DNA of 64,000 nucleotides from Myxococcota bacterium (GTDB lineage Bacteria; Myxococcota_A; UBA9160; UBA4427). The position numbers and the translations under genes are program-made. The stretch lies in contig OZ252299.1 in assembly GCA_965250285.1 (NCBI GenBank), positions 5,024,001 through 5,088,000 on the forward strand, in the 5' to 3' direction. Shown here one piece after another: positions 51,189-61,399 of the stretch; the stretch's first letter is position 1; the number at the start of each line of letters is the position of its first letter. The notes beneath the pieces are model-generated. The model searched no databases, was not told where the DNA came from, and worked only from the letters and a program-made list of their open reading frames with translations.

Positions 51189-51431
51189 ATGAGCAGCCCG
51201 ACCCATCCCCAGTTCCAACCCCTGCGGGGCGTCGATCGTTCCGAGAGCGGCGTCACCGCCCCCAGCTGGCCCCAGTGGATCCGCCGGCTCTTCCGAAGTC
51301 GGCCCCAGGCGATGCACGCGGTGGCCGAAGCCGAGACCCAGAGCGGCCAGGCGGGGACCCGCCCGGCCGAGCGCTCCCTGCTCGGCCCCGTGCGCACGGT
51401 GGTCGACCCGAAAGACATCTATCTGGCCTGA
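51189..51431 (+). CDS. Small hypothetical protein (80 aa)
   Basis: Strong AAGGAGG RBS; first gene after the divergent promoter; no recognised domain. Confidence 0.6.
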   Translation: MSSPTHPQFQPLRGVDRSESGVTAPSWPQWIRRLFRSRPQAMHAVAEAETQSGQAGTRPAERSLLGPVRTVVDPKDIYLA

Positions 51432-51489
51432 GCCTCGGCTCGCGTCCGGGCTCGGGCCGATGCTCGAGCCACCCCGAAAGGAGAACATC

Positions 51490-52029
51490 ATGTCCAGCGC
51501 CATGCCCATCTCGCTGCAGCGGCACCAGCACCTCTCGAACCTCAGTGAGCAGGCCGGCCAGCTCGCATCCGAGAGCGCCGATTGCCTCGTGCTCTTCAGC
51601 GCCGCGGCCGGGACGAACGCCAAGCCCGGATGGGCTCGGGCTCTTCCGAACGCCCTGCAGCTTCAGGCCCCCGGTGCCGAGGTCGACGACGGCGACCTGC
51701 GCGACGCGGTCCGCCACGCCGTGCACGAGCTCGGCGTCAGTGAAGTCCTCGTGATCCTGCACACCGGCTGCCCGACGCTAAAGCCGAACGACGAGTCGCC
51801 GATGACCCGACCCGAGCCGAACGATCTGATGGGTCGGATCCAGGTCAACCGCCAGCGCACCGAGGCGTCCCACGAGGCGGCAAAGCAGCGCGTGCGCGTG
51901 GCCGTTGGCTCGCTGTCGGCGGATGCATCGCTCGGCGACGTATCGGTGGGGGGCCTCGTCCACATCGATGAGAGCGGCGTGATGTTGAGCTACGACGCGA
52001 GCCGCGATGCCTTCGAGGCGCTGTTGTAG
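51490..52029 (+). CDS. Degenerate beta-carbonic-anhydrase homolog (HxxC kept, CxDxR lost)
   Basis: Aligns by eye with the neighbouring CA: AVRHAVHELGVSEVLVILHTGC vs TIEYAVRVLGVQYAIVCGHSKC; AAGGAG RBS. Confidence 0.7.
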   Translation: MSSAMPISLQRHQHLSNLSEQAGQLASESADCLVLFSAAAGTNAKPGWARALPNALQLQAPGAEVDDGDLRDAVRHAVHELGVSEVLVILHTGCPTLKPNDESPMTRPEPNDLMGRIQVNRQRTEASHEAAKQRVRVAVGSLSADASLGDVSVGGLVHIDESGVMLSYDASRDAFEALL

Positions 52030-52212
52030 ACAGCGCCGAGCGCGATCGCGGCACACCGCGCCATGCGGTGACGTCGCGATGCGGGCGGGGTCGATGGGGG
52101 CACCGCTCGGTCCGGCCCGCGAGGTGCCGGCCGATGTGTCTCGTGTTCGTCGGCGTCGAGCGCGGGCGCCGCTGGATGCCGGTGGCGCCCGCTCAGGTCG
52201 CCGACGCTCGAA

Positions 52213-52566
52213 TCAGGGCGCGTCCTGCTCGATCATGTCGACGAGGTCGGCGATGCGACGATGCGCTTCGATCGGGTGGCGGAGCGGCGCCGACAGCGCG
52301 AACCGATAGTGGTTGCGCAGACCCTTGCGTTCGCGGATCACATAGCCGGCCTCTTCGAGCTCGCCGAGGATGCGCTGCACCGATCGCTCGGTGATCCCGA
52401 CGAGGTTGGCCACCTCGCGGAGCGTCAGATCGGGATCGCGGTGAAGTGAGATCAGCACGTGCGTGTGGTTCGACAAGAAGGTCCACTTGGGTCCTTCGCC
52501 GTCGGGCTCGGAGCGGCGCGCCGACTTGGCGGCTGCCTTCTTCGCCTTCTTCGCTCGTGCTGCCAT
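52213..52566 (-). CDS. Small winged-HTH transcriptional regulator
   Basis: WTFLSNHTHVL...LREVANLVGITERSVQRILGELEEAGY...GLRNHY...PLRHP. Confidence 0.88.
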   Translation of the reverse strand: MAARAKKAKKAAAKSARRSEPDGEGPKWTFLSNHTHVLISLHRDPDLTLREVANLVGITERSVQRILGELEEAGYVIRERKGLRNHYRFALSAPLRHPIEAHRRIADLVDMIEQDAP

Positions 52567-52774
52567 TCATCAACCCCAAGCTTTCGGTCGGCCGCAGCCG
52601 CGAACGCCGCGTTGGGCAGGTGCGAATGCCCGTCGACGTCGCCCCGCGAAAGATAGACGGCCCGCAGCGACTCGTCTGCCCGGCCAACCGAGGCGTATTG
52701 CGGGTCTCGGTTCGATCCTGTTTCCTCCTGCGAGGCGACTGCTCTGGTCGCCGCAGGCAGGAGATCCCATTCGC

Positions 52775-53383
52775 ATGGACGAGCTCATCGACGGCGTTCG
52801 CCGCTTCCAGTCGGACGTGTTTCCGTCTCGGCAACCGCTGTTCGAGTCGCTGGGTGCCGGGCAGCAGCCGCGGGCGCTGCTCGTGACCTGCTCCGATTCG
52901 CGCATCGATCCGTCGCTCTTCACCCAGACCGAGCCGGGTGAGCTCTTCGTCGTCCGGAACGCCGGCAACATCGTCCCGCCGGCCTCGGCGGGCACCGGCG
53001 GCGAGTCGGCCACGATCGAGTACGCCGTGCGCGTGCTCGGCGTCCAGTACGCGATCGTGTGCGGCCACAGCAAGTGTGGGGCGATGGCTGCAGCCGCCGA
53101 TCCAGAGAGCGCCGCGGAGCTGCCCCAGGTGAGTGAGTGGATCCGGTTCGCCGAAGAGGCGGTTCCGGCCGCGTCGGCCTTCTCGTCCGAGCCCGATGAA
53201 GCGCTCAGGGTGGTGGCGGCCAACGTGCTGCTGCAGCTCGACCATTTGCGCTCGCATCCCGCCGTCGCCGAGGCCGAGGCCGACGGCCGTCTCGAGCTGC
53301 ATGGCTGGATCTACCGCTTCGAGACCGGTGAGGTGTTGGTCGTCGACCCCAGCGGTGTGCTCCACGGCCTGAGCGAAGTCTGA
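52775..53383 (+). CDS. can: Beta-class carbonic anhydrase
   Basis: CSDSR, GELFVVRNAGNIVP, CGHSKCGAM, LHGWIY; AGGAG RBS. Confidence 0.93.
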   Translation: MDELIDGVRRFQSDVFPSRQPLFESLGAGQQPRALLVTCSDSRIDPSLFTQTEPGELFVVRNAGNIVPPASAGTGGESATIEYAVRVLGVQYAIVCGHSKCGAMAAAADPESAAELPQVSEWIRFAEEAVPAASAFSSEPDEALRVVAANVLLQLDHLRSHPAVAEAEADGRLELHGWIYRFETGEVLVVDPSGVLHGLSEV

Positions 53384-53410
53384 CCCGCACGACCCCGATC
53401 GAGTGAGCTG

Positions 53411-54019
53411 ATGGTCCGAGACGACGGGGCGCTGCGACTCTCGAGCCGGCTCGAGGTCGTCGTGCTCGTACGGCACGGCGAGACGACCGGTGAGTCGAGC
53501 ATTCGCTACCACGGCGCGAACGACGTCCCGCTGAATCACGTCGGGCGCGCCCATGCTCGGACCGCGGCCGAGACGATCGGTGGACTCGCCTTCGATGCAC
53601 ATGTCTCGAGCTCGCTCAGCCGTGCCGTCGAGAGCGCCGAGATCATCCGGCCCGACGCCGAGATCGTGCGCGACGACGACCTGCGCGAGATCGACTTCGG
53701 TCGGTGGGAGGGGCTGACGCGGGAGGAGATCCGCGCGCTCGACCCCGAGCTCGATGCGGAGTGGACCCGGCTGGGCCTCGACTTCGACTTTCCCGATGGC
53801 GAGCGCCGGGCCGACTTCACGGCGCGCGTCGACCGCGGTCTCGCTCGGGCGTTCGCCCTCGACGTCGAGCGTCTGCTGGTGGTCGCGCACAAAGGCGTCG
53901 TCCGACGCGGCGTCGAGCTCCTGACACGCGAAGCCCCGCCGGCGCCGCATCCCGAGCTGGGCGAGGTGTTTTATCTGGTGCGCCGAGGCGAACGCTTCGT
54001 GCGGCGCTCCCGATCATGA
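53411..54019 (+). CDS. Histidine phosphatase family protein (PGM/CobC-like)
   Basis: LVRHGET, SSLSRA, LREIDFGRWEG, VAHKGV. Confidence 0.9.
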   Translation: MVRDDGALRLSSRLEVVVLVRHGETTGESSIRYHGANDVPLNHVGRAHARTAAETIGGLAFDAHVSSSLSRAVESAEIIRPDAEIVRDDDLREIDFGRWEGLTREEIRALDPELDAEWTRLGLDFDFPDGERRADFTARVDRGLARAFALDVERLLVVAHKGVVRRGVELLTREAPPAPHPELGEVFYLVRRGERFVRRSRS

Positions 54020-54402
54020 AGCTGCGAAGGCAGTACCACTTCTGGCCCGGGGCCGCGGGTCTCGAAGCCTGGGACGTGCACCGCTTGATCGAGCTCGCGA
54101 GAGGCCTGCCCGTCTCGAGCGTGCCGCTGTCGCAGATCGACGAGGTCGACACCGTCTACTGGTACGACGGCGATCTGCACCGGCCCACGGTCCGGAGCGT
54201 GATCGAGCACGCGAAGCTGATGCAGGCCGCCGACCTCGACTACCCGATCATCCTGGCGAGCGACGGCCGCGTCATGGATGGCATGCATCGCGTGGCCAAG
54301 GCGCTGCTCGAGGGCCGCGAGACGATCGACGCGGTGCGATTCGAGACCGACCCGCCGCCCGACTACGTCGGCGTGTCGCCTCGCGATCTTCCCTACGACT
54401 AG
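54016..54402 (+). CDS. Small stand-alone ParB/Srx-like domain protein
   Basis: ADLDYPIIL..DGRVMDGMHRVAKA; ATGA-coupled to the phosphatase. Confidence 0.75.
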   Translation: MKLRRQYHFWPGAAGLEAWDVHRLIELARGLPVSSVPLSQIDEVDTVYWYDGDLHRPTVRSVIEHAKLMQAADLDYPIILASDGRVMDGMHRVAKALLEGRETIDAVRFETDPPPDYVGVSPRDLPYD

Positions 54403-54423
54403 ACGCCGATCCGCGCGCTCGGC

Positions 54424-56379
<1,956 letters not shown>

Positions 56380-56464
56380 GATTGCTGCTCCTGGTGGGGT
56401 TGCGTGTGCGGGTGGGGCCGCGGAATCCCGCGCTGATCGGTGCGATCGGCGCCGACCTTGAGCC

Positions 56465-57754
56465 TCAGGCCATCCAGCGCTCGACTTCTTCGGGCGCCTT
56501 GGGGATGGCCGTGTTGAGGTTCTCGTGCCCACTCGCGGTGACGACCACATCGTCTTCGATGCGCACGCCGATGCCGCGCAGCCGCTCGGGAGCGTTGTCG
56601 TCATCGACCGGCACGTAGATCCCGGGCTCGACGGTGAACGCCATGCCGGGCTCGAGCGGGCGCGGCTCGTGGTCGCGCCGGTAGAGGCCGACGTCGTGGA
56701 CGTCGAGCCCGAGCCAATGGCTCGTGCCGTGCATGTAGTAGTCGCGATACGACTCGGTCTCGATGATGCCGTCGAGCTCGCCCTCGATCAGCCCGAGCGT
56801 CTTCATGTGCTCGCAGAGTCGGCGCACCGTCGCGTCGTGGATCGCGGGCAGGGTCGAGCCCGGCTTGCACAGGTCGAGCGCGAGCAGCTGGGCGTCGAGG
56901 ACGGCTTCGTACACGTCCCGCGCCGCGCCTTCATAGCGGCCGCCCACGGGATAGGTGCGGGTCACGTCGCTCGCGTAGCCCTGATACTCGACGCCGGCAT
57001 CGATCAGCACGAGGTCGCCGGCCGACAGTGCAGCGTCGTTGCTCACGTAGTGCAGGATCGTCGCGTTCTCGCCGCCGGCCACGATGCTGCCGTACGCGGG
57101 CCCCGACCCTCCAGCGCCGCGAAAGTGCCTGAAGAGCTCGGCCTCGAGCTCGTACTCGAAGCGCCCGGGCTTCGCGATGTGGGCCGCCGCGCGATGCGCC
57201 TTTTCGCTGATCTCGGCCGCGCGTCGCATGAGCTTCAGCTCGTCATCGGCCTTGAAGAGGCGCATCTCATGCAACAGGCCGCGCGGGTCGACCATCTCTT
57301 CGACCGGCGGTGGCGCGCTGCGCGACTGACGTCGTGCGTCGGCCTGGATCTGTACCAGTCGCTCGTCGATGTCGGTGCGTCGACCGAGGCTGTGATAGAG
57401 GCGGTCGACGCCGCGCACGATCTCGGGCAGGCGCTCGATGAAGAGCGCCACGTCGTGCGCCTCGTCGGCGCCATACCGCTCGACGGCGCCTTCGACGCCC
57501 GGGCGGCGTCCCGTCCATGTCTCGGCGGCCTTGTCGCGCGGCTGCACGAAGAGCGTGTACTTCGGCCCGCCGTCGGTGCGAAGCACGGCGATCGCGTCGG
57601 GGTGCTCGAACCCCGTCAGGTACCAGAAGTCGCTGTCCTGTCGGAACGGGAACTCGGTGTCGTTCGAGCGGGTCACGAGCCCCGCGCCGATCACGATCGC
57701 GACGGCGTCGGGCCCCATCGCTTCGAGCAGCCGTGTGCGTCGTTCTTCGAACAT
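56465..57754 (-). CDS. pepP: Xaa-Pro aminopeptidase P
   Basis: [16 protein letters not shown]...[29 protein letters not shown]. Confidence 0.94.
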   Translation of the reverse strand: MFEERRTRLLEAMGPDAVAIVIGAGLVTRSNDTEFPFRQDSDFWYLTGFEHPDAIAVLRTDGGPKYTLFVQPRDKAAETWTGRRPGVEGAVERYGADEAHDVALFIERLPEIVRGVDRLYHSLGRRTDIDERLVQIQADARRQSRSAPPPVEEMVDPRGLLHEMRLFKADDELKLMRRAAEISEKAHRAAAHIAKPGRFEYELEAELFRHFRGAGGSGPAYGSIVAGGENATILHYVSNDAALSAGDLVLIDAGVEYQGYASDVTRTYPVGGRYEGAARDVYEAVLDAQLLALDLCKPGSTLPAIHDATVRRLCEHMKTLGLIEGELDGIIETESYRDYYMHGTSHWLGLDVHDVGLYRRDHEPRPLEPGMAFTVEPGIYVPVDDDNAPERLRGIGVRIEDDVVVTASGHENLNTAIPKAPEEVERWMA

Positions 57755-58020
57755 CGGCCGCCGATGGTAGCGCCCGGGATTCGCGGGCGGCGATGAGGGG
57801 TGCGCGCGAATGGCTCGCCCTCGTCGGGCGCGGCCTGCCGCGGCGAGTGCATCTCGTCGCCGCGCCCCGGTTCGCCAGCCCCTGCGACCTGGCGGCGGCG
57901 ATCTGCGGGCCGGTCTGGGGCCAGGATGTGGGCCGCCCGTGCCCTGGCCCGCGAACCCTGGGCTCGTCGGGGTGCGGTAGGCACCCGTGCTGCATTCCTC
58001 GGCGTGCCTCGGCGCGGAGA

Positions 58021-58147
58021 TGCCGCCAGAGGCGGCAGTGCTGCCTGAAGTGGCAGGCATGGGTAAGTGTTTGAAATAATGACCGAAAGCGTCTTTGGGG
58101 TCGAATCGAGGTGGGGGTGCCAACGAATGTTGCCGCCGCAGGTGGCA
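58021..58147. promoter_or_regulatory. Putative enhancer (UAS) palindromes flanking an IHF-like site
   Basis: TGCCGCCAGAGGCGGCA (58021-58037) and TGCCGCCGCAGGTGGCA (58131-58147); TAAGTGTTTGAAA (58064-58076) is one mismatch from the IHF consensus. Confidence 0.5.
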
Positions 58148-58235
58148 CGGTCCAGGGTTGCGCCGCGATCCGGCTCGTGCTCGAAAAGCGTCGGTGATCC
58201 GGGTGTTTACGAGAAAATTCGCGCACTCGAGATGG

Positions 58236-58252
58236 TTGGCACGCGCTCTGCA
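58236..58252 (+). promoter_or_regulatory. Sigma54 (-24/-12) promoter
   Basis: TTGGCACG-CGCT-CTGCA with exact GG-N10-GC spacing, one mismatch from YTGGCACGNNNNTTGCW. Confidence 0.75.
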
Positions 58253-58262
58253 ATACCCCAGA

Positions 58263-58581
58263 CCATAGTCAGTCTGGCCTGAGTGGCCCGGATGTTTAAC
58301 GGGCGCGTTCATCCGGGTCACTCAGTGTCCGGGCCCTGGACTCTCGAAACGAGGCGCTTTCCCCCAGATTCGCACCCCGCCGAACCAGAGCCCGGACGCC
58401 AGGCTGAGCAAGACCTCGAGCGAGCTCGAGTGGCAACGAGACAAGACAAGGCAAGACAAGGCAACGCAACAACAGACGCAACGGTCGCCGCATCCCTGAC
58501 CCGAGCGTCGGCTTCTTCTCCTGGAAGCTCCGACCCGAACGAGATGGCGCCTTCGCACTGACCCCGCGAAGGCGCCTTCTT
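58263..58581 (+). ncRNA. Candidate sigma54-dependent structured non-coding RNA (about 320 nt)
   Basis: Lies between the sigma54 promoter and a terminator, opposite to both flanking genes; nested stems with G-U pairs; CA-rich repeat tract. Confidence 0.65.
58546..58581 (+). terminator. Intrinsic terminator
   Basis: Perfect 11-bp stem GGCGCCTTCGC/GCGAAGGCGCC, 9-nt loop, TTCTT tail. Confidence 0.7.
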
Positions 58582-58652
58582 GCATCTGGGGCTCGATCGA
58601 TCGAGCGTCGGCCTGATCCGGCCCGCAGCGAACTCAGCGGCCGGCAGCGAAC

Positions 58653-59858
58653 TCAGCGACGACGGCGTCGCGAGGCGGGCTTCTCGTCGACCGGCGGCGC
58701 GGCGGCGCGCGCTTCGACAACGAACTCAGCGACCTCGCCACCGAACTCCTTCGAGAACCAGCGCTTGAGTTCGGGGACGTCCTGAAGATCGCTCGCCTTG
58801 TCGGGGTTCGCCCAGGCGATCGCTTCGAGCGCGGCGTTCGGGCAGAGCACGCCCGGATCGAGGCCCAGGTCTTCGGCCCGACCTGCCCGCCACTCCTTCA
58901 GTTTCGTGAAGAGGCGTTCGGTGCGGCGATCCATGCGCTTGCGCCCCGTTCCGTTCGAGAGCTTGGGGATCGGCCCGTGCGGCTTCTTCACGCCCTTCTG
59001 GACGGCGGTGAGGATGTCGCCGCCCATCCGTCGCACGATCAGCTCGGACACACCCTTGATGCGGGACAGCTCTTCGGCGGCACCGGGCTGCAGCTTTGCG
59101 AGCTCGAGGAGTGTGCGGTTGCCGAGCACCTTGAAGGGCGGCCGGTCGATGTCGCGCGCTCGCTTGTCCCGCATCAGGTAGAGCTCGCGCAAGGCGGCGA
59201 GGCTGGTGGGATCGAGGGTCTTGGCGCCCTTGATCCGCAGGTAGCCGAGCTTGTCGAACTCGCGCTCGGGCCAGCTGCGCTTGGCGAGCGTGTCGAATTC
59301 GGACTGCGCCCAGTCGCGCCGATCCTTGGTTTCGAGCTCCTTCTCCAGCTTCTCGGCGAGCTGGATCAGGTAGACGACGTCGCTGGCCGCATACCAGAGC
59401 TGCTTGTCGGTGAGCGGCCTGCGCGACCAGTCGCTGCGTTGTTCGTCCTTTGGCAGCTTCGTGCCGAAGTGGTGCTCGACGAGCGCGGCGAGGCCGATCG
59501 CGGGATAGCCGAGCAGCTGAGCCGAGATCATGGTGTCGAACACGTTCTTGAACTCGAAGCCGCAGTCGCGCTTCAGCACGAAGATGTCGTACTCGCCGGC
59601 ATGGAAGAGCACCCGCACGCTGGGCGACTTCATCATCTTGCTCAGGGGCTCGAGCTCGGCGGGGCCACCCAGAGCCAGAGGGTCGATGAGCCATGTGCCC
59701 TTGCGCGTGCCGATCTGGACGAGGCAGGTCTTGTCGAAGTAGTGATAGAAGCTGTCGGCCTCGGTATCGACCGCGACGACCTCTTCCTTCACGAGCGCCT
59801 TCGCAAGCGCTTCGAGCGCCGGCTTCTCGGTAATCAGCTCGTAATCAGGCTTGGACAC
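58653..59858 (-). CDS. rnd: Ribonuclease D (DEDDy exonuclease with HRDC domains)
   Basis: AVDTEADS, CLVQI, FHAGEYD, FDTMI, SDWSRRPL...YAASDV, two HRDC-like domains. Confidence 0.92.
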   Translation of the reverse strand: MSKPDYELITEKPALEALAKALVKEEVVAVDTEADSFYHYFDKTCLVQIGTRKGTWLIDPLALGGPAELEPLSKMMKSPSVRVLFHAGEYDIFVLKRDCGFEFKNVFDTMISAQLLGYPAIGLAALVEHHFGTKLPKDEQRSDWSRRPLTDKQLWYAASDVVYLIQLAEKLEKELETKDRRDWAQSEFDTLAKRSWPEREFDKLGYLRIKGAKTLDPTSLAALRELYLMRDKRARDIDRPPFKVLGNRTLLELAKLQPGAAEELSRIKGVSELIVRRMGGDILTAVQKGVKKPHGPIPKLSNGTGRKRMDRRTERLFTKLKEWRAGRAEDLGLDPGVLCPNAALEAIAWANPDKASDLQDVPELKRWFSKEFGGEVAEFVVEARAAAPPVDEKPASRRRRR

Positions 59859-60083
59859 TCGCCTCGACACCCCATGCTCGACGCTCTTCTCGACGCCGAG
59901 CTGCGAGTCCGTGGGCTTCACGCCCGGGAGGGACTCGGAACCATTGCGTGGGGGGAGGCCTTGGGAGCCCGCCGCGTCGGCGACCGGGCCCATTCAATCT
60001 AGCCGAGCGCCACCGCGGACGAAACCGCAGAACCCGCCCGACTCGCCTTGCCGCCCGTCGATCGGCTGGACGAGACTCGGGCC

Positions 60084-61277
60084 ATGGGCACCCTCGGCCT
60101 CGGCCACTCGACGCGAAACGACCCCTCGGACGCCGCCGCCGAAGCGGCCGAGCGGGCGTGCGCGGCGCTCGGAGGGGCTGCACCGGCGGCGGCCGTCGTG
60201 GTCTCGACCGGCGCATATGGCGGCGAGGCAGCTCAGCAGCGGCTGGCCGCCCGGGCGTGCGCCGCGCTGGGCACGGCTGAGATCGCGGGCGCTGCGCTCG
60301 ATGGCCTGATGGTCGGCGGCGCCGAGTGGACCGGCGAGCCGGCGGTGGCGGTCCTGGCGTGGGCCGAGCCCGCGGGCCGCCCCGAGGCGCGGTCGGCCGT
60401 GCCCGAGGTCGCGCTCTTCGACGCGGTCGGCGGCCACGAAGACGACCTCGGCACGTGGCTCGCGAGTGCCTTCGGATCACCGCTGGGCCCAGGCGACCTG
60501 GTCGTGTGCTTTGCCGAGCCCCACGCCATCGACGGCGCCCGGCTGGCACGGAGTCTCGGCGCGCTCGCGGCCGGGACGGTCGTTGGGATCGCCGCGGGTG
60601 AGACCACCGGGGAGAGCCAGCCGGTCTGGGCCGGCGATGAGATCGTTCGAGGGGGCCTGGCGGCGCTGCGCCTGCCGTCGCCGTCCGGCACGCCGCCCCG
60701 CGTCGCCCTCACGCAGGCCGGTCGTCCGATCGGCGAGCCGATGCGCATCACCCGCGCGCGGGGCCACTGGATCGCAAGCCTCGAGGATCGCCCGGCGATC
60801 GAGGTCTACCGCGATGCGGCGCCCGCGCCGCTGCGCGACGACCTCGCCCGGGCCGCGCGCAGCGTGCTCGTCGCTCTGGAAGGCGTCGATGCGCAGGGGG
60901 CGCCCCGCCGCCGCATTCGCAACGTGATCGGCTTCGACGAGGCCCGGGGTGCGTTCTCGGTGGCGGAGGCGCCCGCTCCTGGGGAGCGGCTGGCGCTGGT
61001 CGCGCTCGACGCGAGGTCGGCCCGGGACGAGCTCGGTCGACTCGGTGCGCATTTCGACGTGTCGGTGCCCGCGGCGGGTGCCCTCTATCTGAACTGTCGA
61101 GCGCGCGCCCAGGCCCTCTTCGAGCACGAGGGCTACGAGCTGGGCCGCGTCGAATCGCTCGTCGGGGGGCTGCCCGTCCTCGGCCTCATGGGCTCTCACC
61201 TCTATGCGCCCGCAGAGGCGCGCGCCCCGGTCGAGCTCCACACCTACGCCGCCCTCGCCGCCCTGATCGACGCCTGA
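60084..61277 (+). CDS. FIST-domain signal-sensing protein (divergent)
   Basis: TQAGRPIGEPMRITRARG...LEDRPA, IRNVIGFD..G, YLNCRAR, HTYA. Confidence 0.8.
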   Translation: MGTLGLGHSTRNDPSDAAAEAAERACAALGGAAPAAAVVVSTGAYGGEAAQQRLAARACAALGTAEIAGAALDGLMVGGAEWTGEPAVAVLAWAEPAGRPEARSAVPEVALFDAVGGHEDDLGTWLASAFGSPLGPGDLVVCFAEPHAIDGARLARSLGALAAGTVVGIAAGETTGESQPVWAGDEIVRGGLAALRLPSPSGTPPRVALTQAGRPIGEPMRITRARGHWIASLEDRPAIEVYRDAAPAPLRDDLARAARSVLVALEGVDAQGAPRRRIRNVIGFDEARGAFSVAEAPAPGERLALVALDARSARDELGRLGAHFDVSVPAAGALYLNCRARAQALFEHEGYELGRVESLVGGLPVLGLMGSHLYAPAEARAPVELHTYAALAALIDA

Positions 61278-61319
61278 GCCCCACGCGGCTCACCAGAGCG
61301 CGCCGATGCTTCATTTTCA

Positions 61320-61385
61320 TTGCAGTGCGCCGATCCGTCGTCTAGCGTGTTTCGTAATACGAGACATCGTTCCGAAATATGGAAC
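61320..61385 (+). promoter_or_regulatory. Sigma70 promoter followed by two tandem IclR-type operators
   Basis: TTGCAG-17nt-TAGCGT; palindromes TGTTTCGTAATACGAGACA (61348-61366) and GTTCCGAAATATGGAAC (61369-61385). Confidence 0.7.
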
Positions 61386-61399
61386 CACTTGAGGACCCG

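Noticed and set aside
58143..58161. Second TGGCACG...TTGC sigma54-like box
   Set aside because: Spacing is GG-N14-GC instead of the obligatory N10
58279..58352. CTGAG and CGAAAC words resembling a hammerhead ribozyme core
   Set aside because: CUGANGA is not matched, and both words lie inside predicted hairpins
58283..58561. 92-aa plus-strand ORF inside the candidate ncRNA
   Set aside because: No RBS, its start is buried in a 16-bp stem, it ends in the terminator loop and the protein has no recognisable features; not formally excluded
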